64,000 nt of DNA from Blastocladiella emersonii ATCC 22665. Taxonomy: Eukaryota > Fungi > Blastocladiomycota. The DNA is taken from contig JANHCV010000002.1 in assembly GCA_025594325.1 (NCBI GenBank), positions 1,426,001 through 1,490,000 on the forward strand, read 5' to 3'. The position numbers were made by a program, and so were the translations under genes. This document shows positions 21,189 to 32,059 of the stretch, piece by piece; positions within the stretch are counted from its first letter, which is position 1; each line of letters starts with the position of its first letter. Under the pieces are notes generated by a model, which worked only from the letters and a program-made list of their open reading frames with translations, ran no database searches and had not been told where the DNA came from.

Positions 21189-22943
21189 TTATTGGCACAG
21201 CTGGTACATGGCGACCGCGAGCTCGCGCGTGATCCGGTGCAGCGAGTACGGCGGGATCGACGCGTCGAGCGCCGCGAGGAGATGCAGGTCGCCGAGGTCT
21301 GGGAACCGGCGCCACACGACGTTAGCGATGTCGGGTGTCACGCCTTGGCGCTTGTTCTACGATTCACCGGTGAGCTCAGGAACACCGACGAGAACTGAGC
21401 GACGTACCAGCGTGAGAATGACCTGGTCGCACTCGGGACCCGCACGCTCGCGGTGTGTCTCGACGGCACCGAGCCACGCGAATAGGCGCGAGCGGAGATC
21501 GGTCCGTGCGTACCACGTCCATGCGCGCTGCTGGGTGAAGTGGTAAAGGACACTATGGGAAGCGATCGGTAAGCGAGGGACGAGAGTCGCGACAGCTGGG
21601 CGTACCCGTGCAGGAACGGGTGCTGCAGGATCGGCTCGTCGAGGAAGGCCATGGGCGGCGTGACCTCGAAAAAGAGCGGGATGACCTGGTCGTGGCGAGA
21701 GTCAGCGTGGTCCGCGCAAGGACGGCGCGGGAGCGAACGTGCCGATTCCGTGAGCTCGTCGACGTTGAGCCGGGACGACTGGCTGGTCAGGCACAGGACC
21801 GAGAGGCCGTCGCGCAGTTTGAAGCCCAGGAGCTGGTGCACCGTCTACGTATCGAAAACGCAGGGTTAGTTCAGGTCATACGCGTGAAGTCTGATTGCGC
21901 GCGCACCATGGGCGACGAGTCGTGGAGACAAACGTTCTGCTTGAAGCTCCGCGCGCGCGGGAGGTAGCGCGACGCGACGGTGACAAAGATCTCGCGCTCG
22001 AGGTCGGACAGAGAGAGCCTACTCGCTGCGGTTAGTCGAGTTGACGTATTCTTCAGTAGCGAAGACGTACCAGTCCTGGGTGAAGCTGGTGACTTGGCCG
22101 TGGTACAAGAGGACCGTGATGGGGCACCCGATCCGGGCGGCGAACGACGAGACAAGTTTCTGGTACGCGGCCCCTGCCTTGGGCGCCATGGGGAAGAACG
22201 GGTAAGAGTTGGCGATGAGCGGCAGGAGGAACAGGTTGTGCGCGTCGATGAGCTTGGTCAGGACCTACACGGGCGCCAAGTCAGAAATGCGGATAGCGGG
22301 ACACTGCATGAAGTTGTACCCGTTGAGACACTTGGTCGGTCGGGGATGCGAGATGGACGAGGGAAAAGAGCAGCCGTGCCATGGAATCGACGCACGCTCG
22401 TCCAACCGACCTGTCCGTTTCGAGCACAATCACGAGGCTACAGAGGGACGGGATATGAGCCGCCATATCACATCGAAATTTGCGAGGACCTCACGTTCGA
22501 ACTCGTCGCACGTGCACCCGCCACTTGCCGTGGAGATGCACGCAGTCCGGCGCATCCTCGCTCGATGCCAAGGCGTTGGCCAGCTCCAGGAATCGGGTAC
22601 AAGAAAGCGGCCCACCGGGCATTCTTGACTCAGAAGCGGGCGCTGAAGCACTCTTTGAGCCGTCGAGCGTGGTGAGCAGGCTCCGGAGCGACGGGAACGG
22701 GCCGGGCGGCGGCGCGACGACGGGCAGCGCCCCCGCGCTCTGCATCCGGTGTAGCGTGCTCTGGGCCGCATAAGCCCCGGTCACCGAAGCCGACAGCGGT
22801 CCACCGCGGCACACGGCGATCCGTTTCTCGGTCTGCAGATCATAAATGACAAGGTGGCGGAACCACGCGGACGGCGGGCCCGGCTCGCCTGGCCCGTGAA
22901 CCGGACATGCCGTTGCAGGTGGTTGCGTGGTCGGAGCTAACAT
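21189..22943 (-). CDS. FUZ: Fuzzy-like (CPLANE) tri-longin protein, ~7 exons; not visible in the ORF track as one ORF
   Basis: Manual splicing gives ...KWRVHVRRVRTLVIVLETD...MARLLFSLVHL...AYQKLVSSFAARIGCPITVLLYHGQVTSFTQDWLSLSDLEREIFVTVASRYLP...VCLHDSSPMTVHQLLGFKLRDGLSVLCLTS... This aligns by eye with FUZ (LQEALSGFAEAAGTTFVSLVVSGRVVAATEGWWRL...VYLPHGSPTVPHRLLTLTLLPSLELCLLCG). Confidence 0.72.
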
Positions 22944-23203
22944 GGTGGGCTGGGATTCCGGATTCGTAGCTTGGATCGGCGGCGAACCGAAAACGCGTCG
23001 CGCGACGCGTCGCAGCGCACGTGAGCGGTGCACGTGTGCGATCGCAGCGCCTCCGCGCCGCCGCCGTTCCCGCCGGCCGTGTGGCGGCGCGCCAACTCCT
23101 CTCCTCCCTCCTCGCAAGGAAACGGCAACGTCGCACTCCCTGCAACGCAACTAGCGCAACGCATCGAGCGGGAAACCACCCACCTCCGCAAGAAAAAACC
23201 ATC

Positions 23204-23692
23204 ATGTGCAAGCATATCCTGAACGCGCAGGTGTCGGTCCGGGCGCAGTGCTGTCGGCGGTGGTTCGACTGCCCCGAGTGCCACGAGGAGGTGTCGGACC
23301 ACCCGCTGCGGCGAACGACCGAGATGGTGTTCGCGTGCAAGAAGTGCAAGAAGGTGTTCCGCAAGGACCTCGGCAGCCTCGAGGAGCAGGACGAGTTCTG
23401 CCCGCACTGCGACAACCAGTATGTGATCGAGGCGCAGGAGCCCACCATGGAGGTCGGGTTCGAGACCGAGGACATTCGCAAGGACTCGAGGTGCGTTTCT
23501 GCTGCAAAGGTTCGGGTTGCCGATCGATTGCTCACCGCGCGCTCGGGATCGCTGTGTAGTCTGGTGCGCGACGACCGCGTCAAGCAGAAGATGCTCGACC
23601 CGCTCGAGGCCATGGAAGAGTACCGCAAGCGGTACGCCAAGCAGATGGCCATGCTCGAGGCGGCCGAGGAGGAGGAACTGTTCAAGGACTAG
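23204..23692 (+). CDS. CHY zinc-finger protein
   Basis: MCKHILNAQVSVRAQCCRRWFDCPECH...HPL...CKKC...CPHC. One in-frame 69-nt intron (GTGCGT..TGTAG). Confidence 0.9.
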   Translation: MCKHILNAQVSVRAQCCRRWFDCPECHEEVSDHPLRRTTEMVFACKKCKKVFRKDLGSLEEQDEFCPHCDNQYVIEAQEPTMEVGFETEDIRKDSRCVSAAKVRVADRLLTARSGSLCSLVRDDRVKQKMLDPLEAMEEYRKRYAKQMAMLEAAEEEELFKD

Positions 23693-25227
23693 TGCTGTCC
23701 GAGGACGATCGCGACCAACGGAGACTCGATATATTTTTGACCAACCCACCACGAATGTTGTCAGCGCCGGCCAAGCGCGCGGGGCGAGCGAGCGGGGCGC
23801 CGACTGAGGCGGCGCATGGTGCGACGCGGCGCAGGGCTTGCGCGCCGCGATCACAACGGCGGCGCTTCACGTCCTCGGACAACAGCTTACGGCTGCGGCC
23901 CCGGCCATGGCCGAGCGAGCGGCGCTTGTGGTCGCCGTGCCTCTCTGATGCCCACGAGCGAGCTGAGTGCTGTCAGGCGGCGAGGCCATCGGCCGTTGAG
24001 CACTGGCCGACCTCCCGCACGGCGGGAGTCCCTATGGACCCGACGAGGTGACCAAAGCTCTCAGCGGTCGGTTTGCACCGAGTCCTTCCCGCGCACGGTG
24101 CCGCGCAACACGGCAAGCAGGACCATCGCAGAGTGACGCGACAGCCGAACGCGTCCCAAAATAAGCGCGTGCGTGCGCAACGGCGCGCCGTGGATGCATC
24201 AACGTAGCGAAGAGATGGGCAGCGGCACGCTCCCTGTCCAGCGACGGCTGCCCGGCCTCAGAAAGGCAAGAGCGCCCAGCCGAGGGACAGGCGAGCGCGA
24301 GTGGGCTGCAGCGCGCGATGCAGCCGCGTCGCAGGTGCAGGACCGCGAGAGGAGGAGGAGGGCTCATGACATGGCGCCGTCGCGAGTCCCTTGCACCGAG
24401 CGTCAAGGGCGGCGGCGAGCAGGACGGGAGCGAGGGCGAGAGAGAGCGAGGGAGCGAGGAAGCGCGTCTCGCAGGCCCCCTGTGGGCGGTCGATGAACAC
24501 GGGTCGCGGACCCGCCACACCCGCTCCTCTCCTCCCTCAGTCGCCAGCCGCGGACCCGGACCCGTCCTCTCTCTCTCTCTTGCTGCTCGTCCTCGACTCT
24601 TTGCTCCCGGTTGTTCCTCTAGTGTTGCCCTCCCGGCCCTCCTCCTCGTTGCTCCTCCTCGCTCCTCTTCGCGGCATCACCCTCCTCCTCTCCCTTCCTC
24701 CGTCCTCACTGATTGACCAAGGTCTCGCCGACCATTCCCTCCCGCCCGCGCTACCGCTGTGTTGCCGCTGCTGTCCCGCGAGCAACCGCATCGCGGCCCA
24801 GATCTCCACTTGTCGCGGCCTCCACCACCCGCCCTCCCATCAACATCGACCCTCGCCGTCGCTCACGTCGACTGCCTGAGCCACCTTCTCTCTCCCTCTC
24901 ATACTCTCGGTGCATTGTCTTGTTCCGCGTCCCGAGTCTGCATCCTCTCTCTTGCCGACCGACCCGCACACACACACACACGCGTCCTTGCATCAGCCAG
25001 CCGCCCGCCGACCGACCTCCGCCTCGCTGCTCCTCTTCCTCCTCTCTCTCTTCCTCCCATACCTCGTGCCATCACCGCGCGAACACATCCCACTCTCAGC
25101 ATCGGGCCCGCCTGCCGGATCCGCGCCCGTCATCCCGCACCCCCGAGTGTATCCCGCGACTGTCTCCCTCTGCTCTGCTGCTCCGCCCAGCCTGGCAACA
25201 ACCGCCATCCAACGACCACCGACCGCC

Positions 25228-27293
25228 ATGTCTGACGACAACCATACCATCATCTGCGTGTGCGGCGAGAACGGTACGTTCGCATGCTCTCTGCTTCTGC
25301 CTCTCCTCCGTCTCCAAGGCCCGAGCGCGTCTGGCTCTGCTGTTCGTGGTCTGCTCGCTCGTCCCAACTGCCCGCATCGGACTCCAGAGCGCCCTCGCGG
25401 CGGTTCCTGAGTGGATGCAGAAGCGCTCGGTGGCGAGATCTCGGGCCCGAGCAAGCGAGCGAGCGCTTGTTCTGTGTGTGAGTGTGGCCTGGCTGCCGCA
25501 CCAGCCCTGCTCCCGTCTTTCCCTCACTCGGCGCACTCGGCTGCCGACCTTCTGCTCGCCGTCCCTGTGTTGTGGGATGGGCAGGCGGGCTCGAACCGGG
25601 TGCGACGCGTGGGCGACGACGCGTGGCACCGCCGCCGCCGCCGCCGCCGCGATTACTCACTGCGCGTAATCCTCCTCGCGGCGCGCGGTGGGCCGCGAGC
25701 GAGTCAGGGGGCGCCGCGCCGCTCGGCCTGCTCGTTCGCTGCGTCATTTTCACTCCTCCACCTCCGACATCAACTCGAACTGCACTCACCTCCCCCGCCC
25801 CCGCCCTACTGAACAGTCGACCTCGGCTCGCCCATGGTGCAGTGCGAAATGTGCGGGTGCTGGCAGCACGTCGCCTGCACCGCGTACACGATGCGGCAGA
25901 TCGAGGCCATGGACATCTACCTGTGCGACCGGTGCGACCAGCTCAGCCTGCCGTCGCCCACCGCCTCGGTCGCGTCCACGGCCGCGAGCGTGCCCACGGG
26001 CATCGCCATCCCGGGCTCGCTGCCCGGCGCCCACCACCCGCAACCGCTCGCCGCTTCTTCGGGTACCGGCGCGGGCACCCCGACGCGCGGCAACGGCACC
26101 GCCACGCCGCTGCGCGGAGTGCCTGCTGCCATGGCGGCGGCCGCGGCGGCTGCGGCATCGCCGTCCCCGTCGCCCTCGGCCGCCTCGTCCAACGGGTCGC
26201 TGCTCGCCCCGACCTCCGACGCGCTCGCCGCCGCGGCTACCTCGTCGCCCGCGTCCTCGATGAACGGTACGCGATAATCTCGCGCGATCGCCTCTCACGT
26301 GCCCGACGCGCGCCGGCTGTCTCGCGGCGCCTGTCTCGCGTCGGTCACGTGGGCGGCGGCCGCGCCACGCCACGCCACACGTGGGCGGGTGTCGCAAGCA
26401 GGCCCGGGTGTCTCACGCGCTGCGCCACCCCCTCCCTTGCCCGCTCGCCTAATTTAGGGATCCGCGGGTCGTCGGCCCAGAACCACCCGGCCCTCCGCGG
26501 CATCGTGCTCAAGCTGCGCAAGGCGTCGCCGTCCGGCACGGCCAACGGAGGCGCTACCTCGCCCCCATTGCCCGAGCTCCCGCTGCCGACTGCCACCGCC
26601 GACGCCTCGCGCAAGGAGACTTCCGCGGCGCCAACACGGACCACGACGGGTCGCAAGGACAGCGCGCGGTCCCGCGCCGCGGCGCGCCGGTCCACGTCGC
26701 CGCCCGTGTCGTCGAACGGCGGCGCGCTCTCGCCCATCCTCGACATTGTCGGCGACTCGTCCGCCCCACCAACACCCACGGCGCCGAGCGCACCCTCTGC
26801 CGTGAAATCGGTTTCCTCGTCGACGGCGGCTACGCGCGGCCAGTCGCCCGTCCCGGAGCCCACGACGGCACGCACGCGGCCCACGCGGCGCGCAACGACC
26901 ACCACTACCACCACGACGACTTCGGGCCGCGGCGGCCGCGGATCCGCCGCCGCGATGCGCCGCGTGTCGTCGGCCTCGACCTCGTCGTCGGGCTCGAGCC
27001 ACGACGAGGACGGGTTCGCGGGCCAGTCGATCAAGTCGATCCGCAAGCGGATCCGAAAACTCAAGCGCGTCGCGCGCCACGAGTTCAAGCACATGCAGCG
27101 GTTCCAGGCGTGCCAGCGGCAGATCCTCGACCGGTTTGGCGGCGGCGACAGCCAAGACGAGGCCATGATGGACGTGGACGACGCGTCGCGCGAGGCCGTC
27201 GACGCGGCGCGCAGTATCGCGGCCGACCTCAAGTCGTTCCTCGCGGTCGCGGGACAGTTCGAGGAGCGGTACCGCACGCTGCTGCGGCCATGA
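25228..27293 (+). CDS. PHD-finger chromatin protein, 3 exons
   Basis: IICVCG in exon 1 joins MVQCEMCGCWQHVAC...YLCDRC across intron 25274-25816, giving a C4-H-C3 PHD. A second intron starts at ~26268. The tail is long, disordered and S/T/P-rich, ending in a helical segment. Confidence 0.8.
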
Positions 27294-27530
27294 GCGGCGC
27301 GGGTCGCGTACGCGGACTCGGAGTGTACTATGCTGCTGTCTCACCCTACCACCCCTGCTATCCATCCATTTCAACTCGTTTCCCTCTTGACCCCCTGTTC
27401 TGATTACCTCTCTGTATCCCCCTCTTCTCTCCGCTACTTCTGATTTTTTTGGACCCCCTCCCTCTCTTCCTTCATTGCTCGTGTGGCCACAAATCAAATC
27501 AAAACTCTCCTTCCAATCACCACCAAATCA

Positions 27531-30500
27531 TCACAAGTACAGCGACCCGCAGAACACGATATCGCGCTTGATCGCGGCCGCCGCCGCGTCCATCTTGACG
27601 TACAGGGCACCATCCCCGACCAGCCGCGCCGCGTCCTTGATCTCGCGGCACGTCTCCTCGAGCCGCACGATGCACCGCACGATGCTGCCCTCGGCCACGC
27701 TCGTGAGCCCCATGATCTGCTTGAACGGCAGCCCGCGCGCCCACTCGTACACCACCTCGACCAGGCCGTACTTGAGCGAGTCGCGCAGGTACCCTTCCAC
27801 GGTGACGGGCACGCCCAGGGCCTCCTGCACCGCGACCACGCGGCGAGCCGTCTCGCGCACCGTGCGCAGCGCGTCGAGCATGCGCGCGGGCCAGCGGGAG
27901 ACGGTCAAGGGGGCCGTCGGCGCGGGAGCGTCCAGCGTGTCGTCGGCCGCGTCCGCGGTGGCCTCGGCCGCGGAACTGGTGGCGGCGCGGGACTCGGCGG
28001 CCGTCAGCGCCTTGACGAGCTCGGCGTCCATGTCCGTCTTCTCCTGGAACAGGAACACCGACAGCACCGCGACGACTTCCGCCAAATCAAGGTCGGCGAA
28101 GAAGTTGTTGAGGATGAGCTCGGTGAGCAGGAGCTCGTCGCAGTTGTTGATCTCGCACGCGACGCGGCCCTTGAGCTGGACCGTCTTGGACCGCGGGTCG
28201 ACGTACCCGAGCTGCATCAGCACGTCCATGCGCGTGTGGTACTCGGGGAGCAGCTCGAGGTTGAGCGACGACAGGGTCAGCGTCAGGGACTGCATGCGGT
28301 CCGCGAGCGTGCGCTCGGCGTGCACCGCCGCGTAGTGCGCGACCAGGTCGGGGCAGTGCGCGCACTGGTACTTGGCGAGCGACCGCATCAGGTCCACGCG
28401 CCGCGCGTACTTTTCCTGGAAGTCCAGGTCGCGCAGCTTCGACCAGCTGAACTCGCGCAGCGACCCGTCGTGCGCCGCCGCGTACTTGCGCATCACCTGC
28501 ACCGCGACCGCCGTGTCGTGCTTGGCGTGCCGCGCGACCGCGTCGAGCGAGATCCCGAGCCCCGCCGTCGACCCGACCGCGTCGCCGAGCTCGGCCGCCG
28601 ACGCCAGCGAGTGCGCGAGCACCAGCGCGATCTCGCCCGGCTGCACTACCACGACGCGCCCGTCCGCCACGTCCGCCGCGGGCACCTGCAGCCGCGTCAC
28701 GGGCAGCGGCACGTCGTTGAGCGCCGCGGCCACGGCCTCGTCCGAGTCGGAGGTCGATGCGTCCGACGACGCGTGCTTGGCGGCGCCGCGCTCAACGAGG
28801 ACCAGTACCGTGAGACTCGCCTTGGCGTTCTGCGCGGCGGACCGCTGCTTGGACAGGACGACGGCGAGGTGGTTGCGGTACCGCGGCGTGTTGATGACGA
28901 CGAGGCGGCCGGCGGCGAGCGCCTTGGCGCCAACGGCGCTGCCCATGATGGCGTCGGCAGTCGCGCGCTGCAGGGTGACGATCTCGGCGCACGTCGAGTA
29001 GAAGTCGGCGAGGTCGCGCGAGCACAGTAGGCACGCGAGCGCGGGCAGCTCGCGCAGCGCCGACTGCAGCTTGTTGAACTCCTTTTCGACGTCGGGGAGC
29101 ATGCGCTGCGACGAGTTCTCGGAAAACGACCGCTTCATCATGTCCTCGACCTGCAGCGTCTCGACGCGCAGCAGGTTCAGGATCATGTTGTAGGTGAGGC
29201 GGAACTGCGACTGCAGCTTGGTCGGCGGGCCGAGCGTCATGTGCTGCAGGGCGAGCAGGTCGGGCGAGTCGAGGCACATCTGGATCACGGTGCCCGTCTC
29301 GTCGAGCCCGCGGCGGCCCGCGCGGCCCGACATCTGCGTGTACTCGCCGGGCAGCAGGTTGCGGAACGACGTCCCGTCGTGCTTGCGCGTGCTCGCAAAC
29401 ACGACGCACCGCGTCGGCATGTTGACGCCCATGGCAAACGTCTCGGTCGCGAACAGCACCTTGACCAGGGTCCGCGCGAACAGCATCTCGATCACCTCCT
29501 TGACGAGCGGCAGCAGGCCGCCGTGGTGCACGGCGATCCCGCGACGCAGCATCTCGCGCATCCGCACCAGCTGCGGCAGCTCGCGGTCCTCGGGCCGAAG
29601 GCGGCACAGGCTGCGCTCCAGGAACACGTGCACCTCCGACTTCTCGGACGCGGTCAGCAGGTCGAGCGAGTTGAGGCAGTCGGCGTACTCGTCGCACTTC
29701 TTCTTGGAAAAGACGAAGGTCGTGACGGGCAGCAGGTCCTTTTTCTGCAGCACGCCGATCAGCTGCGACCACGTCGTGCGGTCGAGCCTCTGCTGCGTGA
29801 TGGTCTTGGTCGGCGGCTGCTTGCCTGGGCGCCCGTTCGCGCCGCCGCCGCGGCCGCCGCGCGATGACGTGACGAGCGCGGGCCGTTTCTCGCCCTGCTT
29901 CACGGGCGGCTGGTTGGCGATGCCCAGGATGTGGTCGTTGGCGTCCTTGATGCCCTTGCCCAGCAGGTTCTTCTTGGCGTCCACGAACTTGAAGTACTGC
30001 TTGGCCGACGGCACGTACAGGTGGTGCTCGAGCGGCACCGGACGGTACTGCGTCGAGATCACGTAGATGTCCTTTTTCTTGGTGCGGCTACACGGTTGGA
30101 TGGGCGGTGGGTCGGTTGGTCGGACGGTCGGTCGGTTAGCGCGCGTGTCGAGCGACGTGCAAACCTCGGGAAGACGCGTACCCAACCCAATCGGCAAACT
30201 CGCGCGTGTTAGGAACCGTAGCCGAGAGCAGGATGATCTGGATGTGAGCAGGGAGCATGATGATGACCTCCTCCCAGACGACGCCGCGCTCCGAGTCATT
30301 CTACACGGGCAGCGTCAGTAACTGGCGCGACAACGGACCCACGAGCTGCGAGATACTTTCGATGTAATGAATTTCGTCAAACACGACGTATTCAACGTCG
30401 CGGATGAGGTCGGCGCCGCGGTACAGCATCGAGCGCAGGATCTCGGTGGTCATGATGAGGCAGCTGGCCTCGGGGTTGATCTGCACGTCGCCCGTGAGAA

Positions 30501-31897
30501 TGCCCACGTCGTCGAACGTCTTGGAGAAGTCGCGGAACTTCTGGTTGCTGAGCGCCTTGATCGGCGACGTGTAGATGACGCGCGTCATGTGCTTCTTCGC
30601 CAGCGCGATCGCGTACTCGGCCACGACCGTCTTTCCCGCGGACGTGTGCGCCGCCACGAACACCGAGTCACCCCGCTCGAGGCGGTACACGGCCTGCTTC
30701 TGGAACAGGTCGAGCTCGAACGGGTAGTCGTGCGCGAGCCGCGGGACCGACGTCGCGAAGTGGTCCATCGGGTCCGTCATCACGTGCGCCCACTCGGTCT
30801 TGCGGCTCGCGGCGGCGGCAGCAGCGGCCGACTTGGTCGTCGAGGTGGCGGTCGGGTCGCCCGAGGCCACGTCCACGTCGAGGGCTTCCTCGAGCGACGA
30901 CGCGTCGCCGTCCGCGTCGGCGGCAGCGGCGGGCGCCTCGGTCTCGGCGGCAGGAGCGGGCTCCGGCACCGGCTCGGGCTCGGGCTCGGGCTCGGCCTCG
31001 GCCTCCATGAGGTGGTCGAGGATCGCCTGCTCCTTTTCGTGCGATGAGGTGATGACGTCGACGAGATCGACCATGGTCTGCAGCCCGCCGTCGCCCTCGC
31101 CATCATCGCCGGCGACCGCGACGAGCCCGCGTTCGAACCCGGGCGGGACCGAGAACAGCTTGCCGCCGTTATCGAGCAGCGTGGCGGGGTCGAGCACGCG
31201 CTGGTTCGCCTCCGTGGTGCCGTCGAGGTCGAGCCCGCCGGGCATGAACGGCACGTTGCCCGACTTGCCGCGCACGAAGGCGCTGGCCTTGTCGACGCAC
31301 CGCTTCATGGACATACTGTTGCTCGTGTTGAGGCCCGCGGCGGCCGACTCGACCTCGGCGAACCCGGTCACGGCGCCCGTCAGCACGTCGCGCTGCAGCA
31401 GCACGGCGAGCGGCGACGGCACGGGCTCGAGCTCGCGGTACGACGAGAGCGGCGGGAGGAAGGACTCGGCGGGCGGAAAGTACTGCGCGTCGTCGAGCAG
31501 CGCGGCCGGGAAGGACGCCGGCGGCGTCAGGAACTCGGACTCGAGCTCGGACCGGATGTCGTGCGCGAACACATAGTCCTCGCCGAGGCCCAGCGGGAGC
31601 TATACATGTGGTGTCCAGAGGGTCAGCGAGCGAGGGTGGCGGAGCAAGTGGCAGGCCGTACGTTGGTGGCGGGGACGACGGGCCGCTCAGCCGAGGTCGG
31701 CACGAGGCGGAACTCGCCGGCGAGGCCGATTTGCTGGACGGCAAAGCCCGAGTCCTGGACTAGAGTGGGCGGCGGCGTAGACGGTGGGACGGGTGAGCTG
31801 CTAAGGTCGGCCGTGTCCACAAGTTGTCGCCACAGGGCTACCCACCGGCATCGTCGGTCGTGCCCTCGAGGGCGACCACCTTTTCAGGGACTGTCAT
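27531..31897 (-). CDS. SKI2: Ski2 DExH RNA helicase (SKI complex)
   Basis: [80 protein letters not shown] and C-terminal [11 protein letters not shown]. Two short 5' exons are inferred (start ATG 31897; [17 protein letters not shown] resembles the SKIV2L N-terminus). Confidence 0.93.
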
Positions 31898-32059
31898 CAG
31901 TTTTCGTGTGCGACGGCGTCGTCGGGTCGGCGGTGCGGTTGGGGAGGATCGCTCTCGAGTGTTGGTCGGCGCGACGTTCACCTCGCCGCTTCCTCTCTCC
32001 CGCAACCCGCAACCGGTCTCTCTCTTTGCAACGGATCAACCGCATACGCCGCCGCCGCC
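31898..32059. promoter_or_regulatory. Putative bidirectional promoter between SKI2 and SKI3
   Basis: 162 nt separate the divergent start codons, with a pyrimidine-rich tract on the SKI3 side. The SKI2 start is inferred from splicing. Confidence 0.6.

Noticed and set aside
23692-25227. Multiple ORFs in the CHY-PHD intergenic region
   Set aside because: Low-complexity CT-rich leader/promoter DNA; the translations are not protein-like.
27531-31897. MTR4 instead of SKI2
   Set aside because: [12 protein letters not shown], the SKI2-type N-terminus and the RDIVF.SLYL ending fit SKI2.
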